From NCBI GenBank assembly GCA_038217285.1, contig JBBQPO010000005.1, forward strand, positions 1 through 55,188: DNA of 55,188 nt, written 5' to 3'. The position numbers were made by a program, and so were the translations under genes. Origin of the DNA: Chthonomonadales bacterium (GTDB taxonomy: Bacteria > Armatimonadota > Chthonomonadetes > Chthonomonadales > Chthonomonadaceae). Of this stretch, positions 18,344 to 27,729 are shown in pieces; within the stretch, counting starts at the first letter, position 1; the number at the start of each line of letters is the position of its first letter. Under the pieces are notes generated by a model. The model had not been told where the DNA came from. It saw nothing but the letters and a program-made list of their open reading frames with translations, and ran no database searches.

Positions 18344-19717
18344 ATGTTCCTGACGTTATTTGCCACGCTCGCCTGCCTGGCGACCTCCGAGGCTCAGGCG
18401 ACCGATCCGCCGACCGCCATCGTGGGCGCGACGGTTCTGGACGGGACCGGACAACCGCCGATTCACGATTCGGTGGTCCTCTTCCGAAAAGACCGTATCG
18501 TGGCCGTCGGAACCCGGAAACAGGTGGCGATACCACCTGACGCACATCAGATCGACGCCCGCGGCAAGTGGCTCGTTCCGGGCCTCATCGACATGCACGT
18601 GCATCTCGACGAGGTCCTGACGCCGGGCGCCTTTGTGCTGTACGGCGTCACCTCCGTCCGCGATGTCGGCTCCAACGGCGCCGCCATGCAGAAGCTACGT
18701 GACCGCGCCGCTCAAGGCGAAATTCTACCGCGGCGCTACTGGATGGGACGCAACATCGACGAGGGAAAGCCGAGTTGGTGGGGAGCAGTCGCGGTTCAGG
18801 GCCCGGCCGAGGTGCCGGCGCTCTTGGACGCCATGCAGAAAGAGGGCGTAGACGGCGTTAAGCTCTATGTCCGCGCCCGACCGGATGTGGCTCGCGCCGT
18901 CATCACCGAGGCGCACCGCCGCCACCTGCCGGTCACCGCGCACCTGCACGACACCCAGCCCAGCGCCGCCGCAGAGATGGGCATCGATAACCTGGAGCAT
19001 GTCACCACGCTCTTCGAAGAGCTGCGCACCCTGCCCCCGCAAACGCCGGAAGGCTATCAGACCAGCTTCCTCGGCATCGCGCATGTCGATCTAAGCAGCC
19101 CCAAAACGAAGCACCTTATCAAGACCCTGGCAAAACGCCACGTTGCGCTCACACCGACCCTGACAGTCGCCCTCCTGCCCGTCGCCGGCGAACAGGGCGC
19201 TGCTGCCATCTATGGCGACTGGGCGGTCGTCCCCGAAGGATGGCGACGCTTCTGGCACGACCCCTACTGGGACTTCATCACAACCAAAGGCTGGACCCCG
19301 CACGACTTCCAACAGGCAGCTCTCGCCAGACCGAAGTTTCTCGAACTCGTCAAGCAACTACATCAGGCAGGCGTCCCCATCGTCGCCGGAACCGACACCC
19401 CCGCCCCCTGGGTTCTCCCCGGCGCCGGACTGCTCACGGAGCTACAGATGCTCGTCGAAGCGGGCCTCTCTCCCACCGAAGCCCTCCGCTCCGCGACTGG
19501 CCGCGCCGCCGAGGTTCTCCGCAAGAGCGCCGACGTCGGAACCATCCGCCCCGGCCGCTACGCCGATCTACTCCTCCTCGACGCCGATCCTCTCACCGAC
19601 ATCCGCAACCTCCACCACATCACCGCTGTCTATCTCAACGGGAAACAGGTCGACCGCAACGCCCTCCGACACGCTTTCGAACAGGCCGACCCCAAAGCCG
19701 TCAAGACGGGACCCTGA
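18344..19717 (+). CDS. Secreted amidohydrolase family protein
   Basis: Signal peptide; PGLIDMHVH, GVTSVRD, VKLY, LEH, AGTD, GRYADLLLL. Confidence 0.88.
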   Translation: MFLTLFATLACLATSEAQATDPPTAIVGATVLDGTGQPPIHDSVVLFRKDRIVAVGTRKQVAIPPDAHQIDARGKWLVPGLIDMHVHLDEVLTPGAFVLYGVTSVRDVGSNGAAMQKLRDRAAQGEILPRRYWMGRNIDEGKPSWWGAVAVQGPAEVPALLDAMQKEGVDGVKLYVRARPDVARAVITEAHRRHLPVTAHLHDTQPSAAAEMGIDNLEHVTTLFEELRTLPPQTPEGYQTSFLGIAHVDLSSPKTKHLIKTLAKRHVALTPTLTVALLPVAGEQGAAAIYGDWAVVPEGWRRFWHDPYWDFITTKGWTPHDFQQAALARPKFLELVKQLHQAGVPIVAGTDTPAPWVLPGAGLLTELQMLVEAGLSPTEALRSATGRAAEVLRKSADVGTIRPGRYADLLLLDADPLTDIRNLHHITAVYLNGKQVDRNALRHAFEQADPKAVKTGP

Positions 19718-19768
19718 TTCTACGGCACAAGATCCGGATGCAAACCTGGACACAACGACGTCGCTTCG

Positions 19769-19817
19769 TATTCGGGCGTCCCCTTCCCGATCTGGGAAGG
19801 GGAGGGAAGGTCCAGGT
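19769..19817. repeat. Third copy of the REP-like palindrome family
   Basis: Reverse complement ACCTGGACCTTCCCTCCCCTTCCCAGATCGGGAAGGGGACGCCCGAATA aligns with the 12971-13214 units. Lies between convergent genes. Confidence 0.7.
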
Positions 19818-19900
19818 AACCTGATAAAACGTCCCTGCCGACCGCGCCTCCGTGCAGAGGTCGCGACCGACAGGGACGTATGCGTGCGGATCCCACAGCG

Positions 19901-21805
19901 TCAGCGCAGGCTGGCGGTCTGTTTTGGTGGGATGTTTGACGCAACGTTCAACTGCTCTTTGTCTTTGGTGGTTGAGAAGAACGCGACGCACATCTCGTCC
20001 GTCGTCTGCTCGCCCCATGTTACGGATCGAAGGTTGGTCTTCATGGGATTGCGTGGGTTCTGGACGGAGTTGTCGTAGTAGGCCGTCATGTGGAGCTTCG
20101 TTCCGGCAGGCAGCGCCATGGGTTCCTTGAGGACGTAGGTCGCCTGCCAGTTGAAGTCCCAGTCTTTGATCCAGACGAGGGGCTTCTCTGAGCCGTCCGA
20201 GAACGTCGCCCAGACTTTCATCTCTTTACCGAGCAGATGCATATGCGGCGTCACGGCGAGAAGATGCTGGTCTTCGACAATCGACATGGTCGCTTCGGCC
20301 TTGTAGTGGGGGTCACCGGGCGGGATTTTGATCCCGAAGTTGATCGCCCATCCGCCCGCCACCGCCTTCTGCACGGTTCCTTTACAGAAGTGGATGCCGA
20401 GGCGGGTCAGGTCGGTTTCCGGCTTACCGTCCTTATGGTAGTGAACCTGTACGACGATACGCGAGCCTTTCGGAATGCGGGTGCCAATGCCTTCCGGCAG
20501 GAAGTGCGGGTCGTTACCGGGAGCCCATCCGCCCATCATACCGGTCGGAACGAAGCCCGGGCCGCCGAAACTTGTGTAGCCGGGCTGCCCGTCTTTCGTG
20601 GCCGTTTCCAGCTTCTCGGAGGCGTAGAGGCCGTTCTGCTTGTAACTGTCGATGAAGCCGATCACGTGATGCACGACGGCCGGGTTCCCGGGTCGGACCT
20701 CGACTGCGCTGATGTAGCGATCCTCCGTGAAATTGCTCTTCACCACGAAGTTACGGTAGACGTCGTCGCCGTCTGCGGAGAGTTGATAAGCTTTCTCGGG
20801 CGTGATGACCATATCGGGCTCGCCCAACTGCCAGCCCTGCACGAACTTACGCGGTGAAGGAATCTTCTTCGGGTCGCCCAATGGTGCGCCGTTATCGGCC
20901 CATTTCGCGATCATGTTCCGCTCGACCGCAGAAAGCGTATGGACGTCCGTCTCCTGGAAGGCGCCAAAACCGGGAGCAGGTTTCCAGGGCGGCATCTGGC
21001 CACCGGCAGTAAAGCGCTTGATGTCGACAGACCAGGCGCTCGCCTGCGCATACGTCTGGAGCGAAAAGGGCGCGACCTCGCCGGGTCGGTGACAGCCCTC
21101 GCACTTCGCGCGGAGGATGGGCGCGACGTCCTGGGCGTAGGTCGGCACTCCGGCTTTCGCAAGTGCCGGGGTCGCTGTGCGCCGTATAGCACAGCCGACG
21201 GCAAGCATCTCGGGATGCGCCACCGGTTTCCCGGTCAGCACCGCATCCAAGGCGGCACCAAGGTCGTGGACGGTGACCCGCGTCGCGACCGCGTTGTCGT
21301 CGATTCTGCCGCGATAGCGCACGGCACCGGTCGCATCGACCACGATGGCTTCCGGCGTCATCTTCGCACCCAGACGGTCGGCGAGAACATTGCTGCCATC
21401 CTTCACGACCGGGAACGTCAGGCCGTGTTCCCTGGCGTGTCGGGTGATGTCGAGAGCGCTCTCCTGACGGTCGGAGTAGACGGCGAACACCTGCACATCA
21501 TGCGCGCCGTAGGCGGCGGCGAGCGCGTTCATGCGCGGCGTATAGACATTCGAGACCGGGCACTGCCCGGAGACAAACAGGAACACGCTCGCCTTGTGCG
21601 CGGCAATGTCCTGGGCCGAATAGGCTTTGCCGGTCAGATCGGAGAAGGCCAGCTTGCCTGCGGCACTTTTCGCGCTAGCGGCAGATTTCGTAGCGCTCTT
21701 CGCGCCGCCGTTCGGCCCCAAGCCCCATGCGGCAACGGCTGTCAGGGTCGCCAGCCCCATCAGGGGCAGCCTGATAAACATGTAACGACTGTTCCGGAAT
21801 TTCAC
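19901..21805 (-). CDS. Secreted redoxin + c-type heme + copper type II monooxygenase-like fusion
   Basis: Redoxin domain (QCPVS, TPEA, YRGRIDD, GCAI); CEGCH heme motif; Cu ligands VVHH, HYH, PHMH, DEMC. Confidence 0.8.
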   Translation of the reverse strand: MKFRNSRYMFIRLPLMGLATLTAVAAWGLGPNGGAKSATKSAASAKSAAGKLAFSDLTGKAYSAQDIAAHKASVFLFVSGQCPVSNVYTPRMNALAAAYGAHDVQVFAVYSDRQESALDITRHAREHGLTFPVVKDGSNVLADRLGAKMTPEAIVVDATGAVRYRGRIDDNAVATRVTVHDLGAALDAVLTGKPVAHPEMLAVGCAIRRTATPALAKAGVPTYAQDVAPILRAKCEGCHRPGEVAPFSLQTYAQASAWSVDIKRFTAGGQMPPWKPAPGFGAFQETDVHTLSAVERNMIAKWADNGAPLGDPKKIPSPRKFVQGWQLGEPDMVITPEKAYQLSADGDDVYRNFVVKSNFTEDRYISAVEVRPGNPAVVHHVIGFIDSYKQNGLYASEKLETATKDGQPGYTSFGGPGFVPTGMMGGWAPGNDPHFLPEGIGTRIPKGSRIVVQVHYHKDGKPETDLTRLGIHFCKGTVQKAVAGGWAINFGIKIPPGDPHYKAEATMSIVEDQHLLAVTPHMHLLGKEMKVWATFSDGSEKPLVWIKDWDFNWQATYVLKEPMALPAGTKLHMTAYYDNSVQNPRNPMKTNLRSVTWGEQTTDEMCVAFFSTTKDKEQLNVASNIPPKQTASLR

Positions 21806-22036
21806 GCGTTTCCGTCCTTTTTCTTAGCCTGCTCCCAGCGCCCGTTACTTCTACCTGCGGTGGCCGAGGCGTAATGGTAGGTGTATGTCACTCTGTTCTA
21901 CGAGTCCGCGCCTGTGGTCCGCTTCGCAAATATTCCCTCTTTGTGCAAAAATTCACAGCCCAGGGACAGGACGGTGTTATGGCGGATTGCGCAGGGAAGA
22001 AACCCGTCACACTCCCGTTGCGGCTGCCGTTCCGCT

Positions 22037-22936
22037 TTAGGGAGCGGGCGCTGTTTTCAGGTTTCGATCCAGAAAATCTTCCGCGAGCAGGCCGGTCTGC
22101 CCGGGGTTGGCAGGGTTCAGGAAGCCGTGCGCATACTTGTAGAGTTCGATCAGAGTCACCGAGACACCCGCAGCTTTGAGCGCATCGTGGAGGCGACGGG
22201 ACTGATCCAGCGGAATAAGGGGATCGGCGGTGCCGTGCACGATCAGGAATGGCGCGGAGTTTTTCGAGACGTAGAGTATCGGCGAGCCGTCTTTGTAGAG
22301 ATCCATCGCCTGCTCCTGCGGTTTGCCGAAGAACTGATTGAGCAGGAACAGCGCCTGTGGCCCAACTCCGGACGTGGCGGCGGGAAGCGTGAAATCGGTA
22401 GGGCCGTAGAGATCGACCACGCACTGTACGCGGCTGCTGAACTTCGCAAGGTCCGCATCGCTGTTGTCCCGCGTGTCACGAGTGCCGAGCATCGTGACGA
22501 GATAACCGCCCGCCGAGTCGCCCAGCGCGCCGATATGGTCGGGATCGAGGCGGTAGGTCTTGGCATGCGCGCGAAGCCAGCGGACGGCCCGCTGCACATC
22601 GTCTACGGCCGCCGGGTAGCGATTTTTGGGAGCCAGACGGTAGTTGAGAGAGAAGACGGCGTACCCTTTGGCCGCCAGGCGCCTGCCCATCGGAGCGTAG
22701 AAGCCCTTGTCTCCGGCGATGAATCCGCCGCCGTGGATGAGGAGAATGGCCGGGTGCTTTGCCACGGCATCGTCGGGCGTGTAGGCGTCCAGGAGCAGTT
22801 TTGCCTCCTGAACGATACCATAGACGACATCCTTCTCGACTTTGACTTCACCGGCCCGCGCCCGACATCCCGTGACGCTGAGCAGAAAGGCTCCGAGCAA
22901 AGCGACCACAAGCGGACATCTCTTCCAGCTACGCAT
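22037..22936 (-). CDS. Alpha/beta hydrolase (HSL-like/BD-FAE esterase) with signal peptide
   Basis: IHGGGF, NYRLAP, GDSAGG, VHGTAD, HGF. GGAGG RBS before ATG 22936. Confidence 0.9.
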   Translation of the reverse strand: MRSWKRCPLVVALLGAFLLSVTGCRARAGEVKVEKDVVYGIVQEAKLLLDAYTPDDAVAKHPAILLIHGGGFIAGDKGFYAPMGRRLAAKGYAVFSLNYRLAPKNRYPAAVDDVQRAVRWLRAHAKTYRLDPDHIGALGDSAGGYLVTMLGTRDTRDNSDADLAKFSSRVQCVVDLYGPTDFTLPAATSGVGPQALFLLNQFFGKPQEQAMDLYKDGSPILYVSKNSAPFLIVHGTADPLIPLDQSRRLHDALKAAGVSVTLIELYKYAHGFLNPANPGQTGLLAEDFLDRNLKTAPAP

Positions 22937-22956
22937 AAGATCCTCCCAGGCGCCGC

Positions 22957-24342
22957 TTATCGCGCGGCTTCTCCGCCCAGTTTCGCCTGTACGACGGCGC
23001 ATATATCGTGCACGACCGATTCGACCGTGGCTCTGTCCGTTCCCTGTGCCATCACGCGAATAAGTGGCTCCGTGCCGGAGGCACGAACCGACAGCCACTC
23101 GGCGCTGCCAAGCCGACGTTGCCCCTCGGCCACCGCGGCTTGAATGTCGGCGTCCTGCCGCCAGCCCTGTTTGCTGCCAACGCGCACATTCTTGAGCAGT
23201 TGCGGCCCCGAAACGACCACGCCCGCCAGTTCCGAGAGTGGCCGGCCCGTCTCTCGCACGATAGCCAACACCTGCAGCGCCGTCACCAGTCCGTCGCCGG
23301 TCGGCGTTTGAAAGGGAAGGAGGATGTGGCCGCTCTGCTCGCCGCCGATGGCCGCGTGTAGAGTCTCCATCGCTTCCGCCACATAGCGGTCGCCGACATC
23401 CGTTCGGTGCAGACGAATCTGTTCCGCGCCCAGCGCCTGCTCCAGTCCTACGTTGCTCATGATGGTTGCGACCACGACATTCCCGGGCAGTTGGCCTTTG
23501 CGGTGGAGATCGAGGGCGAGAATCGCCATCATCCGGTCGCCATCGACGATATTGCCCTGCTCGTCCGCCAGCATCACGCGGTCGGCATCGCCGTCGAAGG
23601 CGAGGCCGGCCTGCGCTCCCGTCTCCCGCACGGCAGCCGCCATCTGGTGCGGATGCGTGGACCCGCACTCCACGTTGATGTTGACGCCATTCGGATGGGC
23701 GTTCAGGACGGTCAAGCGAGCGCCCAGCGCCAGGAAAATCTTGGGCGCCAGTTGGTACGCAGCGCCGTTGGCGCAGTCCATCACGAGATGCAGGTTTTGA
23801 AGAGGCTGCGCCTCTTCCCCGCCGACCGTCGCCATCACGCGCCGCTGGTATTCGCGGATCGGGTCGTGTGTCTCCGTCACTCGGCCGATATGGGCGCCTG
23901 TCGGGCGCGGCAGCGTGTCGACGCGCTCCAGCAGCGCCGTGATCTCGTCCTCCACGCGGTCCGGCAGCTTCTTGCCATTGCCCCCAAAAAACTTGATGCC
24001 GTTGTCCTCGAATGGGTTGTGCGAGGCGGAGATCACCACACCGCCCGCCGCCCTCTCCGCCAGAACAATCTGGGCGACGGCCGGAGTCGGCACGACCCCG
24101 ACGTTCACCACATCGACGCCCATTGCCGCCAGACCTGCCGCCAGCGCGGCCTCCAGCATATCTCCGGAGAGGCGGGTATCCCGCCCAATCACCACGAATG
24201 GACGAGCGCCGGACGCGAGCGGCGCGGCATCGCACAGCCAGCGTCCCGCCGCCATGCCCAGGTTCATCGCCATCGGAGCCGTCAGATCCTGGTTGGCGAC
24301 ACCGCGCACGCCATCGGTCCCAAATAGTCGTTGCTTGCTCAT
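22957..24342 (-). CDS. glmM: Phosphoglucosamine mutase
   Basis: LFGTDGVRG, ISASHNP.EDNGIKFF, FDGDADR, GGEQSGH, RASGTEP. Confidence 0.96.
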   Translation of the reverse strand: MSKQRLFGTDGVRGVANQDLTAPMAMNLGMAAGRWLCDAAPLASGARPFVVIGRDTRLSGDMLEAALAAGLAAMGVDVVNVGVVPTPAVAQIVLAERAAGGVVISASHNPFEDNGIKFFGGNGKKLPDRVEDEITALLERVDTLPRPTGAHIGRVTETHDPIREYQRRVMATVGGEEAQPLQNLHLVMDCANGAAYQLAPKIFLALGARLTVLNAHPNGVNINVECGSTHPHQMAAAVRETGAQAGLAFDGDADRVMLADEQGNIVDGDRMMAILALDLHRKGQLPGNVVVATIMSNVGLEQALGAEQIRLHRTDVGDRYVAEAMETLHAAIGGEQSGHILLPFQTPTGDGLVTALQVLAIVRETGRPLSELAGVVVSGPQLLKNVRVGSKQGWRQDADIQAAVAEGQRRLGSAEWLSVRASGTEPLIRVMAQGTDRATVESVVHDICAVVQAKLGGEAAR

Positions 24343-24346
24343 AGGG

Positions 24347-24949
24347 TCAGTCCGTCACCCGCACCAGCGTAGGCCGCAGGACCCGGTCGTGCAGCACATA
24401 CCCACGCTGCACCTCTTCGGCGACCGTATTCGAGGGGTATTCCTCGCTTTCGACATTCCCTATCGCCTCGTGAAACTTCGGGTCGAACTCCTTGCCAACC
24501 GCTTCGATGGGCGTGACGCCTGCTTTCTGAAGCGCGGCCTGCAACTGTTTCAGAGTGCCATTGATGCCGCCGATGAGCGCATCGAAGTTTCGGCTCTGCT
24601 CCGCCGCCGCCATCGCGCGCTCGAAGTTGTCCAGCACCGGCAGAAGCGCTTTGATAAATTCGGCGTTATTGTATTTCTGCTGCTCCGTGAACCGCTCTTC
24701 GCTCCGGCGACGATAGTTCTGGTACTCGGCCTGAATATAGAGTTCGCTCCTTTGCGCCTCCTCCAGTTTCTTGGTGAGGTCCAGATTCTCTTGCAGCAGC
24801 GAGATCAGGTCGCTGGCATGTTGCGGCATGTCGGACGTTGGTTCCGGGTCGAGCAGTTCCGGCGTGGGATCCTGCGCCGGGGCGGACTGTTCACGCTCCG
24901 GCAGTTCGACGACTGGCGCCTCTTCATTTAGATTATGTTCGTTTTGCAT
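24347..24949 (-). CDS. grpE: Nucleotide exchange factor GrpE
   Basis: AEYQNYRRR, LLPVLDNFERA, FDPKFHEA, GYVLHDRVLRP. Confidence 0.97.
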   Translation of the reverse strand: MQNEHNLNEEAPVVELPEREQSAPAQDPTPELLDPEPTSDMPQHASDLISLLQENLDLTKKLEEAQRSELYIQAEYQNYRRRSEERFTEQQKYNNAEFIKALLPVLDNFERAMAAAEQSRNFDALIGGINGTLKQLQAALQKAGVTPIEAVGKEFDPKFHEAIGNVESEEYPSNTVAEEVQRGYVLHDRVLRPTLVRVTD

Positions 24950-24989
24950 TGTATGGTTTCACTCCTGTGGAGGTGTTTTGCGTAGCGAA

Positions 24990-25013
24990 GGCGACCGCCG
25001 ACAGGCGGTCGCC
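24990..25013. other. GC-rich hairpin between hrcA and grpE
   Basis: Perfect 10-bp stem GGCGACCGCC-gaca-GGCGGTCGCC. Confidence 0.55.
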
Positions 25014-25045
25014 ACCGAGATTCAGCGGGCCGGACTCACCACGGT

Positions 25046-26092
25046 TCAGGCCGCGCTCAGGTTCGTCAACAGACTGGATAGGTTGTTGGCCATCAGACTG
25101 ACGGCGGCGACCGCCCGATCGTAGTTCATTCGGGTGGGGCCGACGACGCCGATATACCCTGCCGGACGATTGCCGATCCGATACGTCGTGATGACCAGAC
25201 TGCATTCGCGCATCGGCTCGAACAGGTTCTCCGCGCCGATCTGCACGGACATCTCGCTGTTTGGGAGCGCGCGGCGCAGCGCTTCGAAGAGCGCACTGCG
25301 CGACTCCAGCGCATTGAGCAGCGTCTCTAGCCGCTGCACATCCTGAAATTCAGGCTGGCGCAGTAGTTGGCTCGTGCCTTCCAGAAAGACGCGCCGCTCG
25401 GAGAGGGCGTTCGCCATCTGAGCGAGTGCGGCCGTCAGACGCGGCAACGCCGCCGTAACCGTCGCCAGTTCCGCCGGAACCTCCGGTGTGCGCACCATCC
25501 GCTCGACCTGTGTCAGTTCAAGCTCGGCGGCCAGCGTGTTGAGATAGTTGGAGAGGCGCATGAGCGTCGATTCGCCGGGCACCGTCTCTAGTTCGACCAA
25601 CCGATGCTCGACATGCCCTGTGGAGAGCAGCATGACAAGTAGGACATGGCGCGGGGTCGCGGGGCTAAGGTAGACACGGCGCACACGGGTGCTCTCGGTA
25701 TCGGGATCGGTCGCCAGGGAGACATAGGATGTCAGGCCGGTCAGGACACGGCAGGTCTGTGCGATGATCTCTTCGATCTCGCTGCCACCCTGGTGCGTCC
25801 CGGCATGGGCCTGCTGTACTTCGACGTCGTCCAGCGCTTTCGGCGGATCCATCAGCACATCGACATAGTAGCGGTAGCCGCGGTCGGTCGGAATGCGTCC
25901 GGCCGAGGTATGCGGTTGAATGAGATAACCCATCTCCGCCATCTCCGCCATCTCGTTGCGTACCGTTGCGGATTTACACCCGATCTGATAGATTTCGATC
26001 AGACGTTCCGATCCGACCGGCTTCGTGGTCAAGACATAGTCGTTGACAATGGCTTGCAGTATGCGTACTTTGCGAACATTCAGAGCATCCAT
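25046..26092 (-). CDS. hrcA: Heat-inducible transcription repressor HrcA
   Basis: PVGS, SATVRNEMA, QPHTSAGRIPTDRGYRYYVD, IGVVGPTRMNY. AGGAGG RBS. Confidence 0.96.
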   Translation of the reverse strand: MDALNVRKVRILQAIVNDYVLTTKPVGSERLIEIYQIGCKSATVRNEMAEMAEMGYLIQPHTSAGRIPTDRGYRYYVDVLMDPPKALDDVEVQQAHAGTHQGGSEIEEIIAQTCRVLTGLTSYVSLATDPDTESTRVRRVYLSPATPRHVLLVMLLSTGHVEHRLVELETVPGESTLMRLSNYLNTLAAELELTQVERMVRTPEVPAELATVTAALPRLTAALAQMANALSERRVFLEGTSQLLRQPEFQDVQRLETLLNALESRSALFEALRRALPNSEMSVQIGAENLFEPMRECSLVITTYRIGNRPAGYIGVVGPTRMNYDRAVAAVSLMANNLSSLLTNLSAA

Positions 26093-26235
26093 CGGAATTT
26101 GTGCCTCCTGAGCGGGACATACTGCAACCGTGAAGCGGAGTTCCAGCGGAACGCAGCAGGGCGTCGGCGGAGCAGGCAGAAAACCTTTCATTCCTAATGT
26201 TTCGGAGTAGCTTCGAGTTTACCCTATTCTAGCGT

Positions 26236-26264
26236 ATTATATCCGTCGCTCAGCGCGTTGTCAA
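26236..26264 (-). promoter_or_regulatory. sigma70 promoter of the hrcA operon
   Basis: Perfect minus-strand TTGACA-N17-TATAAT. Confidence 0.85.
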
Positions 26265-26380
26265 GCCGACCCGGCCCTTACGTACAACCAGGGAACTTCG
26301 ACGGGTGTGGTAAACTGAACGTCTAATGAATCTCGATGTTGAAAATTCAGAAGCAGAACGCTCGGGAGTAACCACATTTC

Positions 26381-27601
26381 ATGAGGGATAATAGAGAGGT
26401 GATCGCGGAAAGCCGACCAGACGTACCGGAGCCGCCTACGCTGCGCCGCGACTGGCGGTACTATACGGCGCTGACATTTCTGTTTGCCTTTGGGTTTGCG
26501 GTCTACAGCGGCGTCTTTCAGAACTTTCTGAAAGACGTTCTGCAGGCAGACGCCCTGCAGTTGGGAACGCTGGAATCGTTGCGAGAGGTGCCCGGACTGC
26601 TTGCAGCCGTGATGGCGGGAACGCTGGTGGCGCTTGCAGAAGCCCGTATCGCGGGGTTGGGTCTGCTCATCACGGCGATCGGTATCGGCGCGACGGGGCT
26701 CATGGGCCACTACAGCGGCCTGATCGCGATCACCGTTTTCTGGTCCGTCGGCTTTCACCTGTGGGCCTCCGTCTCGTCGGCCATTACACTGGCTCTCGCA
26801 CAGGGGCGGGAGGGAGGCCGACATCTGGGGCGCATGTCGGGCGTCAGCGCCCTCGCGACGCTCGCGGGCCTGGGTCTCGCCTGGGTGCTCTCCCAGGTTC
26901 TGCCTCGTCTGGGCATGACGGGCAGCGCATTTTACAACACCGCCTTCGCTATCGCCGGAGTGAGCATCCTGGGCGCGGCCTTTCTCTGCTCCCGCCTCTC
27001 GACGCAGACGGCGGAGGCTCCACGCGCCCGGCTCATCTTACGGCGCGAGTATGGCCTTTTTTACCTGCTGACCTTTCTGGAAGGCTGCCGGCGACAGATC
27101 TTCAGCATCTTCGCGTCGTTCGCGCTGATCCTGGTCTATCATCAGCCCGTGCAGAAGATGCTGCTCCTCCAGTTCATCAACGCGATTCTGATCTTGTTGA
27201 CCGCTCCGGCCATCGGCAAGCTGATCGACCGCTCGGGCGAACGCGGCCCCCTCACCTTCTACAGCATCGGCCTCATCGCCGTGTTTCTTGGCTACGCCTC
27301 ATCGCGCACGGTGGGAGCCCTCTACACCCTGTTTCTACTGGACAATATCCTCTTCAGCTTCAATGTCGGTTTCACGACCTATCTGCACCGCATCGTGCGC
27401 GCGGGCGAGCTGACGCCTTGCCTGGCGATGGGCACCACTATGAACCACATCGCCGCCGTCACGGTGCCGGTGGGCGGCGCCTGGTTATGGCAGCACTACG
27501 GCAACTATCAGTTGCCCTTCTGGGTCGGTGTCGTCATCGCCTGTATCTCTCTGTGTGCCACCCGCCGGCTGCCGCGCGGCAGGAGGCCCGCAACCGGGTA
27601 A
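26381..27601 (+). CDS. MFS transporter
   Basis: About 12 TM helices; ESLREVPG and the motif-A-like GKLIDRSGER. Confidence 0.85.
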   Translation: MRDNREVIAESRPDVPEPPTLRRDWRYYTALTFLFAFGFAVYSGVFQNFLKDVLQADALQLGTLESLREVPGLLAAVMAGTLVALAEARIAGLGLLITAIGIGATGLMGHYSGLIAITVFWSVGFHLWASVSSAITLALAQGREGGRHLGRMSGVSALATLAGLGLAWVLSQVLPRLGMTGSAFYNTAFAIAGVSILGAAFLCSRLSTQTAEAPRARLILRREYGLFYLLTFLEGCRRQIFSIFASFALILVYHQPVQKMLLLQFINAILILLTAPAIGKLIDRSGERGPLTFYSIGLIAVFLGYASSRTVGALYTLFLLDNILFSFNVGFTTYLHRIVRAGELTPCLAMGTTMNHIAAVTVPVGGAWLWQHYGNYQLPFWVGVVIACISLCATRRLPRGRRPATG

Positions 27602-27729
27602 ACCGGAAACCACGTTCTGGATTGTGGGCGCCACGTGAAGGGTATAATAAACAAATTCGTAAAGCGAGCGAAGCCGAGATTTTGTCTGGAAGCCACACCT
27701 TCTCGGTTTGCACCATCAAGGAGAGTAGA

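Noticed and set aside
22037..24235. 732-aa ORF suggesting a large esterase fusion
   Set aside because: The N-terminal part is an alternative frame over glmM; the esterase has its own RBS and ATG at 22936.
26093..26235. CIRCE element upstream of hrcA
   Set aside because: No TTAGCACTC-N9-GAGTGCTAA or close variant seen by eye.
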